A program made the translations under genes and the position numbers. The notes under the pieces were generated by a model. The model searched no databases. It was given only the letters and a program-made list of their open reading frames with translations, and was not told where the DNA came from. Source: the human T2T-CHM13v2.0 reference genome, Homo sapiens. Taken from it: a stretch of DNA of 64,000 nucleotides. The stretch lies in the NCBI RefSeq assembly GCF_009914755.1, contig NC_060927.1; one strand, 5' to 3'. Positions 27,664 through 38,840 of this stretch are shown here, one piece after another (position 1 is the first letter of the stretch; each line of letters begins with the position of its first letter).

Positions 27664-29789
27664 TCAAAGACTTATTTGCATAATGGTGGAATTAGTTGGG
27701 GTAAAAGGATCATCATCATCATCATTTTGAGAATGGCTTCATAATGACTGTAACTCTGCTATCCACCCACAAGTTCCTTAGAGCCAAGGTCAGATGCTGA
27801 ACCAACATGGCGATTCACTGGTTCTCAAGTTCCTCCAAGTTAAGCAAATAATTAGTGCCTTAGAAAAATGATCCAGCTAGCAACAACCCCTCTCCCCTCA
27901 AAAAAAGAGATTCATCTTGTGTCACTAAGTTTTATTTAAAGACCATGCAATCGCATCCCAGCTGGCTTCATTGAAGTAACAACGTGGGCAATCAGTGACA
28001 CCAACTGCAATGCTATCGTTTCTATAAACAGTAATGAGTGGAGGGGGTAGGTCGGTACTAGAAGCTTATGTATAAACAAGAAAGATCATTTCAGAAAGAG
28101 AGATTGTCTCAAAAAAAGTCACAGTATCTTTCTGATTGTCACCCTATGAAATGCAAATGCCCCACATTTAATGGCATCAGAAGAAATATTCAAACATGAC
28201 ATTCATAATATTGTCCAGTGAAAATTACATGGCATAAGGATAACAATTGCATACACTAAATTAGACAAAGAACAATAATTCCATTGTTTTAAGATACTCC
28301 ATAGAAACTGAGATAACAGATCTATAAGTACTCGCTGGATGTCTCTTTATAACTCTGGTACCACAGAATAGAACTTGCACCTTTCTAAGAAGCTGATTTC
28401 TAATATATCTGGCTGTAAATAAATGGATTTATGTTGAAGCAAGAGCAGAGAAAAGGTATCACATAGATAACTTTGCAGGATATCTGAATATGGGCAAAGC
28501 TAAGTAGACTTGAACTGAGTTGTAGAGTAATTGCCTTTTGTTAAAAATTGCTTCTTTTTATATCTTTATCTTAGTTGTATTCAAACACATTTTTTTCCAG
28601 TAAAATATACAGAGATACTACTCATTTCCATTAAAGCTCTCATCTGTCATACCCCAGCACTTCCTTGTGAACTCCTAAATGCTTTTCAAGCTCAGAGAGA
28701 TTATCATGAATCTTAGATTGAATTAATTATTCCTTCCTTGAGGTGACTTCTACCATTAAACATTAAATCAAGTAAGGGTTGTTGAACTGAAACAAACTGA
28801 GACTCCTAATTACTTCATTTTGGCACTTTGGCCTTGTATGACACCTTTTGCTTATAGGTATAGAGTTCCCTGCTGAGTCTCTATTGCCTGAAACAGAACC
28901 TAGATACAATCAATCCTGAAGGGTTTTTTTTTTTGCTAAATTGGAAAATGGCAATCTCTGAAGCAAGAGACATATTTCTCTAACTTTCTAATCTCAGATG
29001 GAGAGGGAAAGAAAGAAGGTAGGGGTGGCAATTTGGAAGGTTAATTGGCATGGTGCAAGTATCCTAGGCTTCAGAAAAAGTCTGGGTTCCCTTCTCTCTT
29101 CTGCTGTGCTTAACACAGAGTCGGGCAAATGGATTGCTGGCCCATGAGCCAGATGGGAGCATTGAGCCTATCCTTTCACCATAAACTACTTCCCTGATAT
29201 TCTTCCCAATGCACACAACTCTTTGTTTATAAGTTGAGAGAAGAAAAGGAGCATTTATTTGCAGTTTCCATTGCCTGGCAAAACTGCAGCAGTGATGAAA
29301 GCTACCACATTGTCAGTGCTTTCCAGGCAATGGAGATAACTCTTCCTCTCCTAGATGTGATTGGGAGCCTCAAAAGGTAATTTCCACATTTTAGAGTAAG
29401 TAGAAAGGAATGACTGAGTTTTTCAGAGTCTTGCAATTAAATTACAACTTTGAAAGAATAATCTCAAAGTTCTTGGAAAACATCAGTGGGGATTAATTAC
29501 ATCTTTGGAAAAGAGATCGATATCATTTAAGGAATAATGCACCAACTAGCCTCAGGACACACACTAACTAGAATGGTAATAACAAAACCTCATAATTTGG
29601 TATGCTAAGCTAATTATCAAAAGACTACAAACAGAAATCAATACATCTATTTATTATATACTACACATGATATCACAGAGAAATTAGAGCATTTTAACTG
29701 AAAACAGGCTTCAACATAGCTCAGTAACTTTCCATTAAATCTTATTATTTAAGCTGCACCGCCTTATTATATCAACAAAGGCAAGTTAG

Positions 29790-30137
29790 ATAATACACTA
29801 ACTTAAAAATTGAAGTTACTCACAAAAAGAAGTTTTAACTTTTTATTTGCATTAAATGTCTATCATAGGTCATACGGCGGGGCTCTTCATCACAGATACT
29901 CAGGTACACAGGCTAAGGGAGTAACCACTGCCTTGAATGTCAGCTGCAGCAAAGAACCTGAGGTGAGTTGTGCTCAGGCTATGAAAGCTTCCAGTGTGTC
30001 ACTTCTGCTCACATTTCATTTGTCTGAGCAAGTCATACGGCCACACCTAACTTCCAGTGAATGGGATAATGCCATCCAACAATATGCCCAGCAGAAGGAC
30101 CCAAAATATTGGGTGAAAAGTGCTAATGATAACTCAA
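29790..30137 (-). mobile_element. MLT1I/J-like MaLR LTR
   Basis: GTCACTTCTGCTCACATTTCATT...CAAGTCATACGGCCACACCTAACTTC. Confidence 0.7.
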
Positions 30138-30139
30138 CA

Positions 30140-30845
30140 ATGAGAAATGAACAACCTGATTTAAAACTGGTCAAAAGACATTAAGAGACACCTCAACAAA
30201 GAAAATACACAGGTGGCAAGCAAGGATATGAAAAGATATTCAATATCATATGTCATCAGGGAATTGTAAATTGCATCAATAATGAGAAATTACTCCACAC
30301 CTATTAGAATGCCCAAAATCCAAAACATTGACAACACTGACAAAAATGTGGAGCACCAGGAACCTGCATTCATTGCTGGTGGGACAGCCATATGCTACAG
30401 CAACTTTGAAAGACAGTTTGACACTGTCTTACCAAACTAAACACTGTTGCTATACAATCCAATAGCTGTGCTCCTTGATATTTACCCAAACAGGCTGAAA
30501 ACTTATGTTCACAGAAAAACATGCACAAGGATGTTTATAGCAACATTATTCTTCATAATTTCCAAGTCTCGAAGCAGCCAAGATGTTCTTTAGTGGGTGA
30601 ATGGATAAATAAATTGTGGTACATCCACGCAATGGAATATTATGCAGTGCTAAAAAGAAATGAGCTATTACACCATGAAAAGACCTGGAGGAAACTTAAA
30701 TTCATATTACTAAGTGAAAGAAGTCAATATAAAAAGGCTACACACTATATTATTCCAACCATATGGCATTCTAGAAAATGCTAAACTATAGAGATAGTAA
30801 AAAGGCCATAGGTTTTCAGGGATTAGGAAAGATGGAGTTTGAGGT
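30140..30845 (+). mobile_element. L1MC-like ORF2 end / 3' UTR fragment
   Basis: CACACCTATTAGAATG..., GAATGGATAAATAAATTGTGGTACATCC; ORF 30521-30784 is L1 C-terminal-like (WINKLWYIHAMEYY). Confidence 0.85.
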
Positions 30846-31083
30846 ATGTGTTTTTTATAGGATCGTTGAGGTTTTTTTTGCCTACAGTGTTTCAATTCCA
30901 CATCAAGGCCACTTGATGTGATTGTTTAGCTCAGTCTCTAGGCATCTGATAATCCTTCAGGCTACCAGCCTGAGAAGCCCCTGAGTAAATAACGCAGAAG
31001 AGTCATAACTATACACAGAAGGAGGTTGATTTTCTGGGGCAGCCCAAGTGATAACACAGGCAAGCAAGGAAGCAATTGTGTGT

Positions 31084-31109
31084 ACACACACACACACACA
31101 CACACACAC
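31084..31109. repeat. (CA)n microsatellite
   Basis: AC run of ~13 units. Confidence 0.9.
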
Positions 31110-32686
31110 CTGCTACTATTACTACTACTGTAGGGACCTACTGCCAAAAATGCTGCCCTTCTGTTTCAGATTGAGACTTAACCCAGCTTTCTCAGGAGCC
31201 TGATCATTAGGACAGGAATTCCTCTTCTACAACATTTTAATGGTCTTTCCTGCTGAAGTGATGAGGAACCTGCAATTTTAACACCACTCTGATGGATTGC
31301 TTCCACATTTCCCCTGACTACATTTTGAGAGGAATGGGAATAGGCATTAGCTATTGTTTTAATCACTACTCTTCTGTGAGTCTTTTTCTTTGTAAAGTTT
31401 CTATCTCTAGAGAAAAATGAACTTGCTTTACTTCCCCTTTAAACTAAAAACTTAATATATTATCAGATTAATACAAGTGCCATTTAACCTTAGCAATATT
31501 GTTTAGCATCTTAAACTTGAAATCTTTCATTTAATGGATGGGTTTTACATGCTTAAAAAAATTCATTTTGAGAAATGGAAAAAAAAGAATCATAAGAGAC
31601 CCAGAATTTAGCCTTAAACAATCCACTCAACCTTGTCTGAGATTGTCCTCCATTTGATAGCTTATACCCATCCTACTGCAGTACAAAGGACTCAGAAACT
31701 AATATGATGGATAAACTAGACAAGACGTTCATATCTGATAATGTAGAGGAAAGACCGGAGCAATAATATATTTTAATGATACTAAAAAGCTCAAAATAAA
31801 TGATTAGTTTATATTTTCTTAGTACTATTCATTTAATAAAACTTAAATAAAATATCAAAATGCTTATAATTCCAACTATTCAGCAATCTGTTAGGAGAAT
31901 CTCTTAACCTACTGTAACAAATTATGTTATTTCCTTTCTGTGGACCTCACCTCCCTCAACTGTAAAATAATGGAGAAGAAGCAGCTGGCATAAAACTTTG
32001 TTATACATGCTTACATTGTTTAAAATATTACTTAATTTCTCCTTAAGTTAGTTTTAAAAATTAGAGTGGTTCATCTGAGCTGTTTTTATACATTTGCTCT
32101 GTGAAAAAAAATGTTTGATATCATTACCTCAATTTGCATATGCACACTGGGCATGGCAATATTACATGAAAAATTGCTGTGAGGTCATACTAATGGCACA
32201 GACCACATGAAAAAAATATCGCTTTAAAATAGAACACAATGATAAAAGGACCTAAAATATACTAAGCACATGGTGTATAGTAGGCTTAAAGTTCTTATAA
32301 CAGTGCCTGGCATACTATGAGAGCTCAACTAAATCTTTAGCTGCTATTAATCCATTTAATGCTTACAACAATCTATTAGGTAGGTACCATTATTATAGTA
32401 ATTTACATTTATGCACTAATTAGGAAACAGCAAGGCCATGTTAGTTACACTAGATCATAAGTTTAAAAGAGTCACAATTTTCGTAAAGGTAGTTTAGTTC
32501 CCAGAAACAGTCTTCTGATACAAAACCGTATATTACCTCTGTCTGTGGAAAGGGTGGGAAGGAAACTTCACTACTTGGAACTAAATACCATTTTACAAGA
32601 ATTCCTCTACCCCACTAAGTAAAAATGCATATATAAATAAAACACAAGTTTTCACAGACTCACTGTTAAACCTAGAGTATACTCAA

Positions 32687-32690
<4 letters not shown>

Positions 32691-32742
<52 letters not shown>
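32691..32742. repeat. (AT)26 microsatellite
   Basis: Uninterrupted AT run. Confidence 0.95.
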
Positions 32743-32748
<6 letters not shown>

Positions 32749-34124
32749 GGCTATGTCTATCATTTCCACTGTTGTCAGATAAAAATAATGAGTTTCAAAG
32801 ATGGGTAGTGACTTATTGAGAATGTGTTACAACTAAATCAGTCCCATACTTGCAACAAACTATGCTGTCCAATCACATAAGTTAACCCTTCTATTTGGAT
32901 CTATCGCTATTTAGGAAACTGACTCTGCAGGTAAACTGAATATCTTTCCTAATTTGACATGAGAGACTGCCCTGTCTTCATTACATACCCTACACAGTTT
33001 TAAAATTTTCACCTCTAAGAGACATATACCCAAGTTATGATCTATTCACATTATATTTACTGTGGACCAGGAAAAAATGAAATAATAACACATATCTCTA
33101 CTGGCTTCTTGAAATATGTATATCAAAACACGAAACTTTAACATAAAGCCACTTCGTTTAGAATATAGTGGTATGATGCGTTTTAGTACTTACAAATATA
33201 ATGGCAAAAAATAATGTACAAATAATCTTCCGAACTGCATGGAAGTAAAAATGAGATCTCGTTGCTGATTCCATTTTGAAAGTGTGTTCTGCAATTTCAT
33301 AAATCAGTTCTTTTTAGTAGTTTTCTATTTAATTCTAATTAGGTCTTTTTAAGTAGTTTTATATTTCATTTAGACTGATGAGTAACCACAAAGTCAAAGA
33401 TCTATAAGAATGAATGAAACCTACATATATTATAATCTTTCCAAATATAATTTTCATAGCTCAAGAACAGAGTGAAAATAGGTGCCATAAGCAAATGAAT
33501 CAGACTCTCCAAAATAACATATGGAGTTTTAAACACGAAATCTTGTATAATGTTGTTAAATTTTTGAAAAGTAAAATTATTTGGAATTCATGGACCAAAA
33601 ACGTATATTTCTTGGCAAAAAGACACTTGTCTAGATGTATTAGGGTGTCATTGTTCTCTTCCCACACCCCACTCCCAGTTTGTAAAAGGAAAATCAAGAC
33701 ACAGAAACTGAATTAGCCCTTGCAAGATTAATAGACACACCACTTTAAAGATAACTTATACAAACCTTTTAAAGAACTTTATAAACAATTAGAGATAGAC
33801 AATGGAGGAAACGTGGTGAAACAGCACACCATTTTGCAAGACTTCAGCATAAAAGAATCACACTTATTTGATATTAGTTTGGTGGGGTTTTTTTCATTCA
33901 ATTTTTAATGGCCTTTCTCAATATCTCAGTTCATTCAAAGGTTCTGATTTTCTTTCTTTTCCTCCGTGTAGTCTTTCCCAGGGCACCCGGTTGAAGCCCA
34001 AGGCTAACTGGGACCCTCCTACTTCAGCACCAAGGACAGAAATCGCTAAATCTCCAGGGGAAACGTACCCCTAACCACCGCCAGATGTCTACTTTTCAGA
34101 CAAAGCAAGAAAAAGAAAATATAC

Positions 34125-34350
34125 CTGCCTTGCCAGCCATCTGTTTAAAAGTCCCCTCTCCTGTGGAACGCACGAGCAACTTTTCGGAGACACTGAACAA
34201 CTCCAAGTCGCGCGCCGCCCTCGCAAATCGCAGAGAGGGCCGCGAGAAGGTGCGAACGCAGGTCACGGCCAGCGCCGCTTGGAGAGAGACCCGCAGGTTT
34301 CAGCCCAGGCGCGCCCGGCGAAAGCCAACGCGCTCTCCCTACAAAGCGTC
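34125..34350 (-). other. Putative non-coding first exon of a minus-strand gene with a long first intron (EPS8 is an unverified guess; TSS approximate)
   Basis: Donor GGCAG|GTATAT at the island edge; upstream ATG at 34140; no coding exons in the 34 kb downstream. Confidence 0.45.
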
Positions 34351-35350
34351 GATGACTTCAGGGATTTAAAAGAAAAAATACCCACAGACAGAACCAGCGG
34401 AGGGGCCCTGACCTCGCCCCAGTCGGGAAACGCCTTCCCTCCGCCACAGGCAGCGCTGAATGAAGCAGAGGAGGGCGGCGGAGAGGGCCCCGGAAGAAGG
34501 GAAGGGGGCATTCTGCAGTGTTTGGGGGCTGGGGAAAGAACATTTTCTCACCACTTGGGCTGTCGCTGGACCTCAGGCTCCTTCCACAGAGACACTGCAG
34601 CATATGCACTCCTTTCTTCAGAGAAAGCTCAAGAATCTTCATGGAGAAGCGCGTGTGTGGGGTTGGTCAACTCCCCGCCCACCTGCGCTAGTAGTCCAAC
34701 CAACAGGCGGCCTGTCTTCGGAAGCCGGGTCCCGAGTCCATCGCGCGCGCCCAGGTGGAGGGGAGTTTGCACATGGAGCCGGAGGGAGCCCGGGCGCCGG
34801 CAGGGGGCGGGCCGGGACGCGGAAGTGCCGGTCCGCCGGGGGCAGCCCTCCGAGAGCCCGAGGCGCCGCCACCCCTCGGTGGGCTCGAGCACGGCCCCTT
34901 GAGACCTTCCGGAGGCGGTGGCTGGTCTGAGGACGACGCGGAGGACGTCACTGCGGGTCGGTGCTTCCTTACAGGTGCCTTCTGGACCGGGGTCCTTGGC
35001 ACCTCCCCTGCTCCTGCCCTCGGTGCCGGACCCTGTGCCCTGGGAGCCCGACTACCTCGGTGTCCCAGCCGTCTCGGGCTTGAGGCGCTGAGAGGGCTGC
35101 GCGGCTTCCAGCCCGGAAGGCAGCGGTCCCGCGGGCTGCGCGCGGCCAAGGGCGACTCCGGTGTGGGAATCCGGCGGAAGGGAAGCACCCGCAGGGAGGG
35201 CTGGACCCCGGAGGCTGCAGAGCGTCAGAAGCGACTCTAGGGAACTAGGGGGTGGGGTAGGGAGGCGGGGACGTGGAATAAAGAAAGCTCCTGGGTGCCG
35301 GCTATGAGAAGTCAGGTGTGCGTAGGCGTGGACAGAGTGCCGATGTGGGA
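34150..35350. promoter_or_regulatory. CpG island promoter, probably bidirectional
   Basis: Abrupt GC/CpG enrichment in AT-rich DNA; GC box GGGGCGGG (34804), ETS motif CGGAAGTG (34820), CTCF-like CCGGCAGGGGGCGG (34797-34810), CRE-like GACGTCA (34944); splice donors on both strands. Confidence 0.92.
34552..34800 (-). other. Putative alternative first exon (minus strand; 5' end approximate)
   Basis: Donor CCCAAGTG|GTGAGA just downstream of the ETS/GC-box cluster. Confidence 0.4.
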
Positions 35351-35435
35351 GTCTGGACACCTGGATTTTCTGGTCGGGGCTCTGTGTCCTTGGGTAAGTC
35401 ACTTACCACCCTGGGCGTCTCCCCGTCAATCTGGG
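35345..35435 (+). mobile_element. MIR core at the island edge
   Basis: GGAGTCTGGACACCTGG...CTGTGTCCTTGGGTAAGTCACTTACC resembles MIR CTGTGTGACCTTGGGCAAGTCACTTAACC. Confidence 0.6.
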
Positions 35436-35859
35436 TGGGGAAGAGGGTGTGAGATAGAGGATTGGCAGCGGCGTGCTTGTTTGTCCCCGTGCCTTTCAGG
35501 CTCCTAGAAAAGCTTAGCATAGGTGCAGTGGGAAGTGGAGCTAGAAGGGACAGAGGGAGAGGAGGCAGGTGAGGCGAGAAATCTGAAGACAAAAGAGCGC
35601 TTCGCTTTGGCGCCAGTATTCTGGCAGGCTTTGCCTCTGCCAGCCCGCCCCGATGACCAAACAGCTTCTCCATGAGTTTAAAGATCTCGATTTTTTTTTC
35701 CCAGCAGCCCCCTTGACTCTTTTTTTTTTTTTCTTTTCCTGATGCCAACAATGCCCTTTTGGAAGTGCAATGAGTAAGCATGGGAAGAATGCTGTCGAAG
35801 TGACAGGACGTAACCCTATGTGGAATCTCAGGGCAAGAGGGGACTTTAGGGGACACTTA

Positions 35860-36080
35860 GCAATACAAGTGATTAAGAGCACAGACACTAGAGACAAGCA
35901 GCGTTAAGTTCAAATTCCTACTAGGTGTGTGACCTTGAACAAATTACTTAACCGCTCTGTCCCTCAATTTTCTCATCTTTAAAAGAAAGTTAAAGATAGC
36001 ATCTGTCTCACACACCCCCTGAGAGTTAAGAAAACACTTGTTTTAAAGTAAGTGCTAAAATAGTGTTTGCAATTATTATT
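35860..36080 (+). mobile_element. MIR
   Basis: GTGTGACCTTGAACAAATTACTTAACCGCTCTGTCCCTCAATTTTCTCATCT. Confidence 0.85.
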
Positions 36081-37039
36081 ATTTAGACCCCACCTGTAGG
36101 GTTGTGAATCATTTTCACTTTCCGATGAATGCCAGTGTTCATACCAGTGAATTTCTGCTTGAATAATCCAGGTGACAGTGAACTCAGCAGCTCCCTAGGT
36201 AATTCATTGCACGAAAACTGTTAGGTTTTCCCTGAGGTTGAGCCAACAACTGACCTCACCTTTGTTCCATCCATTGTCTCAAGGCTGCCTAGCACTAACT
36301 GGTTAGCTCTTCCCTGCAAGGGAGTAAAAATGGTTTGCATCACACCTGTTCTCTTTCTCTTATATAGGCTAAACATTCGCGGTTCCACTGGCTCCCTAAC
36401 ACTTGAAACGATGTTTGAAGTTGCCTGGAAGAAGTCTCTTCCTTTTTTCTCTCAGAGGTGATGGAAGAAAAACCAGAACATCTGGAGGGCCGCTTGAGTT
36501 TACAGCCACCACCTGGGTTCACACCCTCTTAGCTCCTTTCAAAGCTGAAGCTCCAGGAAAGGTCATTTGGGGTGATTCCAAGATTCAAGAAGATATGCCC
36601 AGGCCTTTCTTTCTAGTCGCCTCTTAGTCCTGTTGTTCAGTGGTATCACAAGCTCTTTAAGCTCCAAGGTCCTTGAAGATCTTCCTAAAACCACTGCAGT
36701 GACATCACCGAAGAAGTTATGCAGCCCCAGGGCAACCTGAGCCATGGTCTTCATCTTTCCTGTCTCTTTGAGAATTAGTGAGAAAATTGGCTCATCTGGG
36801 ATTCTACCCATAGAAATTCCCCACAGAGGGAGAGACAATTAGCAAAAGGAAAACATCTAAAAATAGTCCTTTGTGCTGCAGCGGAACACGGTTTTCCGGT
36901 AGGGCTCTCCTATTCTGGAACCCAATACCTAGAGCTATTTCCTTACTTTGAGGGAAGTGCTACTCCTGGAAAAATAGCAAATGAACAGGACAATGCTGTG
37001 GTTCCCTCGACGGCACTTGAGCAGAGTGAACAGGTCCGT

Positions 37040-37200
37040 GTGTGATTTTAAAACACATATGACCTCCTGAGCATCAGTTTTTATATTTATCACAACCCTC
37101 TCTGCCTCCTGGCAAGGTTGTGGCAAGAGTTCAATTAGGTAAAACATGTGAAAGTGCTTTGAAGATTTTAATTATCTTTGCAACATAAGGTGTTATTACC
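37040..37200 (+). mobile_element. MIR fragment
   Basis: GAGCATCAGTTTT...CATGTGAAAGTGCTTTG. Confidence 0.55.
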
Positions 37201-38719
37201 AACTTCCCTGGGTTCTGGGTGTTAGACTATTGACGTCTAATACAGTGGCTCTGTTATTTGATTATAGGAAGCATTTATGTGTGAGTCTTCTTACTCCACA
37301 ACAGGATTGTAAACTTTTAGGATGCAAAGCAGGAAAGACAACTCAGTACAATTAATATTCAAATAGTGTACTGTATTGTTTAAATGGCTATCACAGTGAT
37401 TCTTATGACCAGAGAGGAAATGGATCATCACAGTACTTATAAAAACAAACTGAAGTATTACATTTATAGATTGTTTTGTTGGTATTGAGCTTTCAGGTGA
37501 GTTCAGAGGGCACGTAACATTTTAATGCAAAATATTTTCTTACTGTATAGTATGGACATTTGATAATAGTAAGCTCGTACTTTGTAAGTATATATCAACA
37601 TAAGTTTCTACTTTGTAAGTAAGTATGAAAGGGACTTGATCAGTAGAATTGTATTACTTAGACAGTTTTTTATTTTTTAAAAAAGGCTCTTACACTTATC
37701 AGGATTTCAATGTTCATGCTTTTTAAAGCAACTCCTCATGTGATTGTCACCCACTTCCACAATTAGGCACACAGAGTACAGTCTTTCTGAAGTATCTTGA
37801 GCAATATATCAGAATTCATTTTTACATGTATCATAACATCCCAAAAAAGACAAAACAAAACAAAAAAAATAGCCAGGAGCACATGAAGGGTAAGAAAGTG
37901 ATGTATTTTAGTTTGAACAAGAACATTCATCTTTTCTCCTTTCTGTGTATTATCCCATAAGCCAAACTCAAAATTTTACTGGCAATAATATTTTTAATTT
38001 TATATTCAGATATATTATTGTTTTAATACCCAAATTTTAAATTATGTTATCTGTCTGTAGTTGGGATTTTTTAAAGTTAGCCATTCTTTCTGTTTTCTAA
38101 TTGACTTAGACATCTTGGACAAATTATAGCAAGTGACTCACCAGTGTGGCTTCAAAATAAAATAAGTTAGCACTTTTTGAGAAGGATTAGGAATTCTGGT
38201 ATATAATGATGGATGAATGTGTTTGAATTCCTAGTACCTAAATTTTTTCTTTTTAAAAATAATTACTAAGAGTTTGTAGAAATTAATAATTGTGTAAGGG
38301 AGTTTTGAGATATTTAAATTGTGACTTATCTAAGATATTTTTCTATTAAGACTAAACATAGGCATCTGTTCACTCTTGGCATCAGCTGTGCAATTAATCA
38401 GTATATTTATCTGTTTGGAAGAGAATGTTGAATTGGTAATAACATATAAAGAATCATGCCAGGTTGCAAAACTTTTATTGAATATATCAATGGCAAAATG
38501 TCTGTTGAATTGATATTAAATTTATTTTCACAAAGAAACCAACATATAAACTAAAAGATGAAAATCAGTACGATATCTAACATGGCATTTTTGTTCCATG
38601 TTATGCATATAGCCCATTGACTCTGAAAGGGCACAAAACCATGCCTGTAGCTCTCATCTTAGCAATACCTTCAAATACAATCTTGATACTGTTTTTAAAA
38701 AAGCAAACATGTTATTTTA

Positions 38720-38840
38720 AAATTTCTCTTCTTCCTTTTGTTCTTTTTTATTTCTTTTTCCTTCCCCTCCCTGACTCCTGTTCCTCTTCTTCCTCCTTCT
38801 CCTTCTCTTCATCTTCTTCATCTTCGTTATCTCCTTCTAT
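38720..38840. repeat. Pyrimidine-rich low-complexity tract
   Basis: TCTTCTTCC/TCCTTC runs. Confidence 0.8.

Noticed and set aside
34085-35240. Multiple overlapping 90-207 aa ORFs on both strands (e.g. MEPEGARAPAGGG...)
   Set aside because: Expected from stop-codon scarcity in a CpG island; low-complexity G/P/A/R content and no recognisable family
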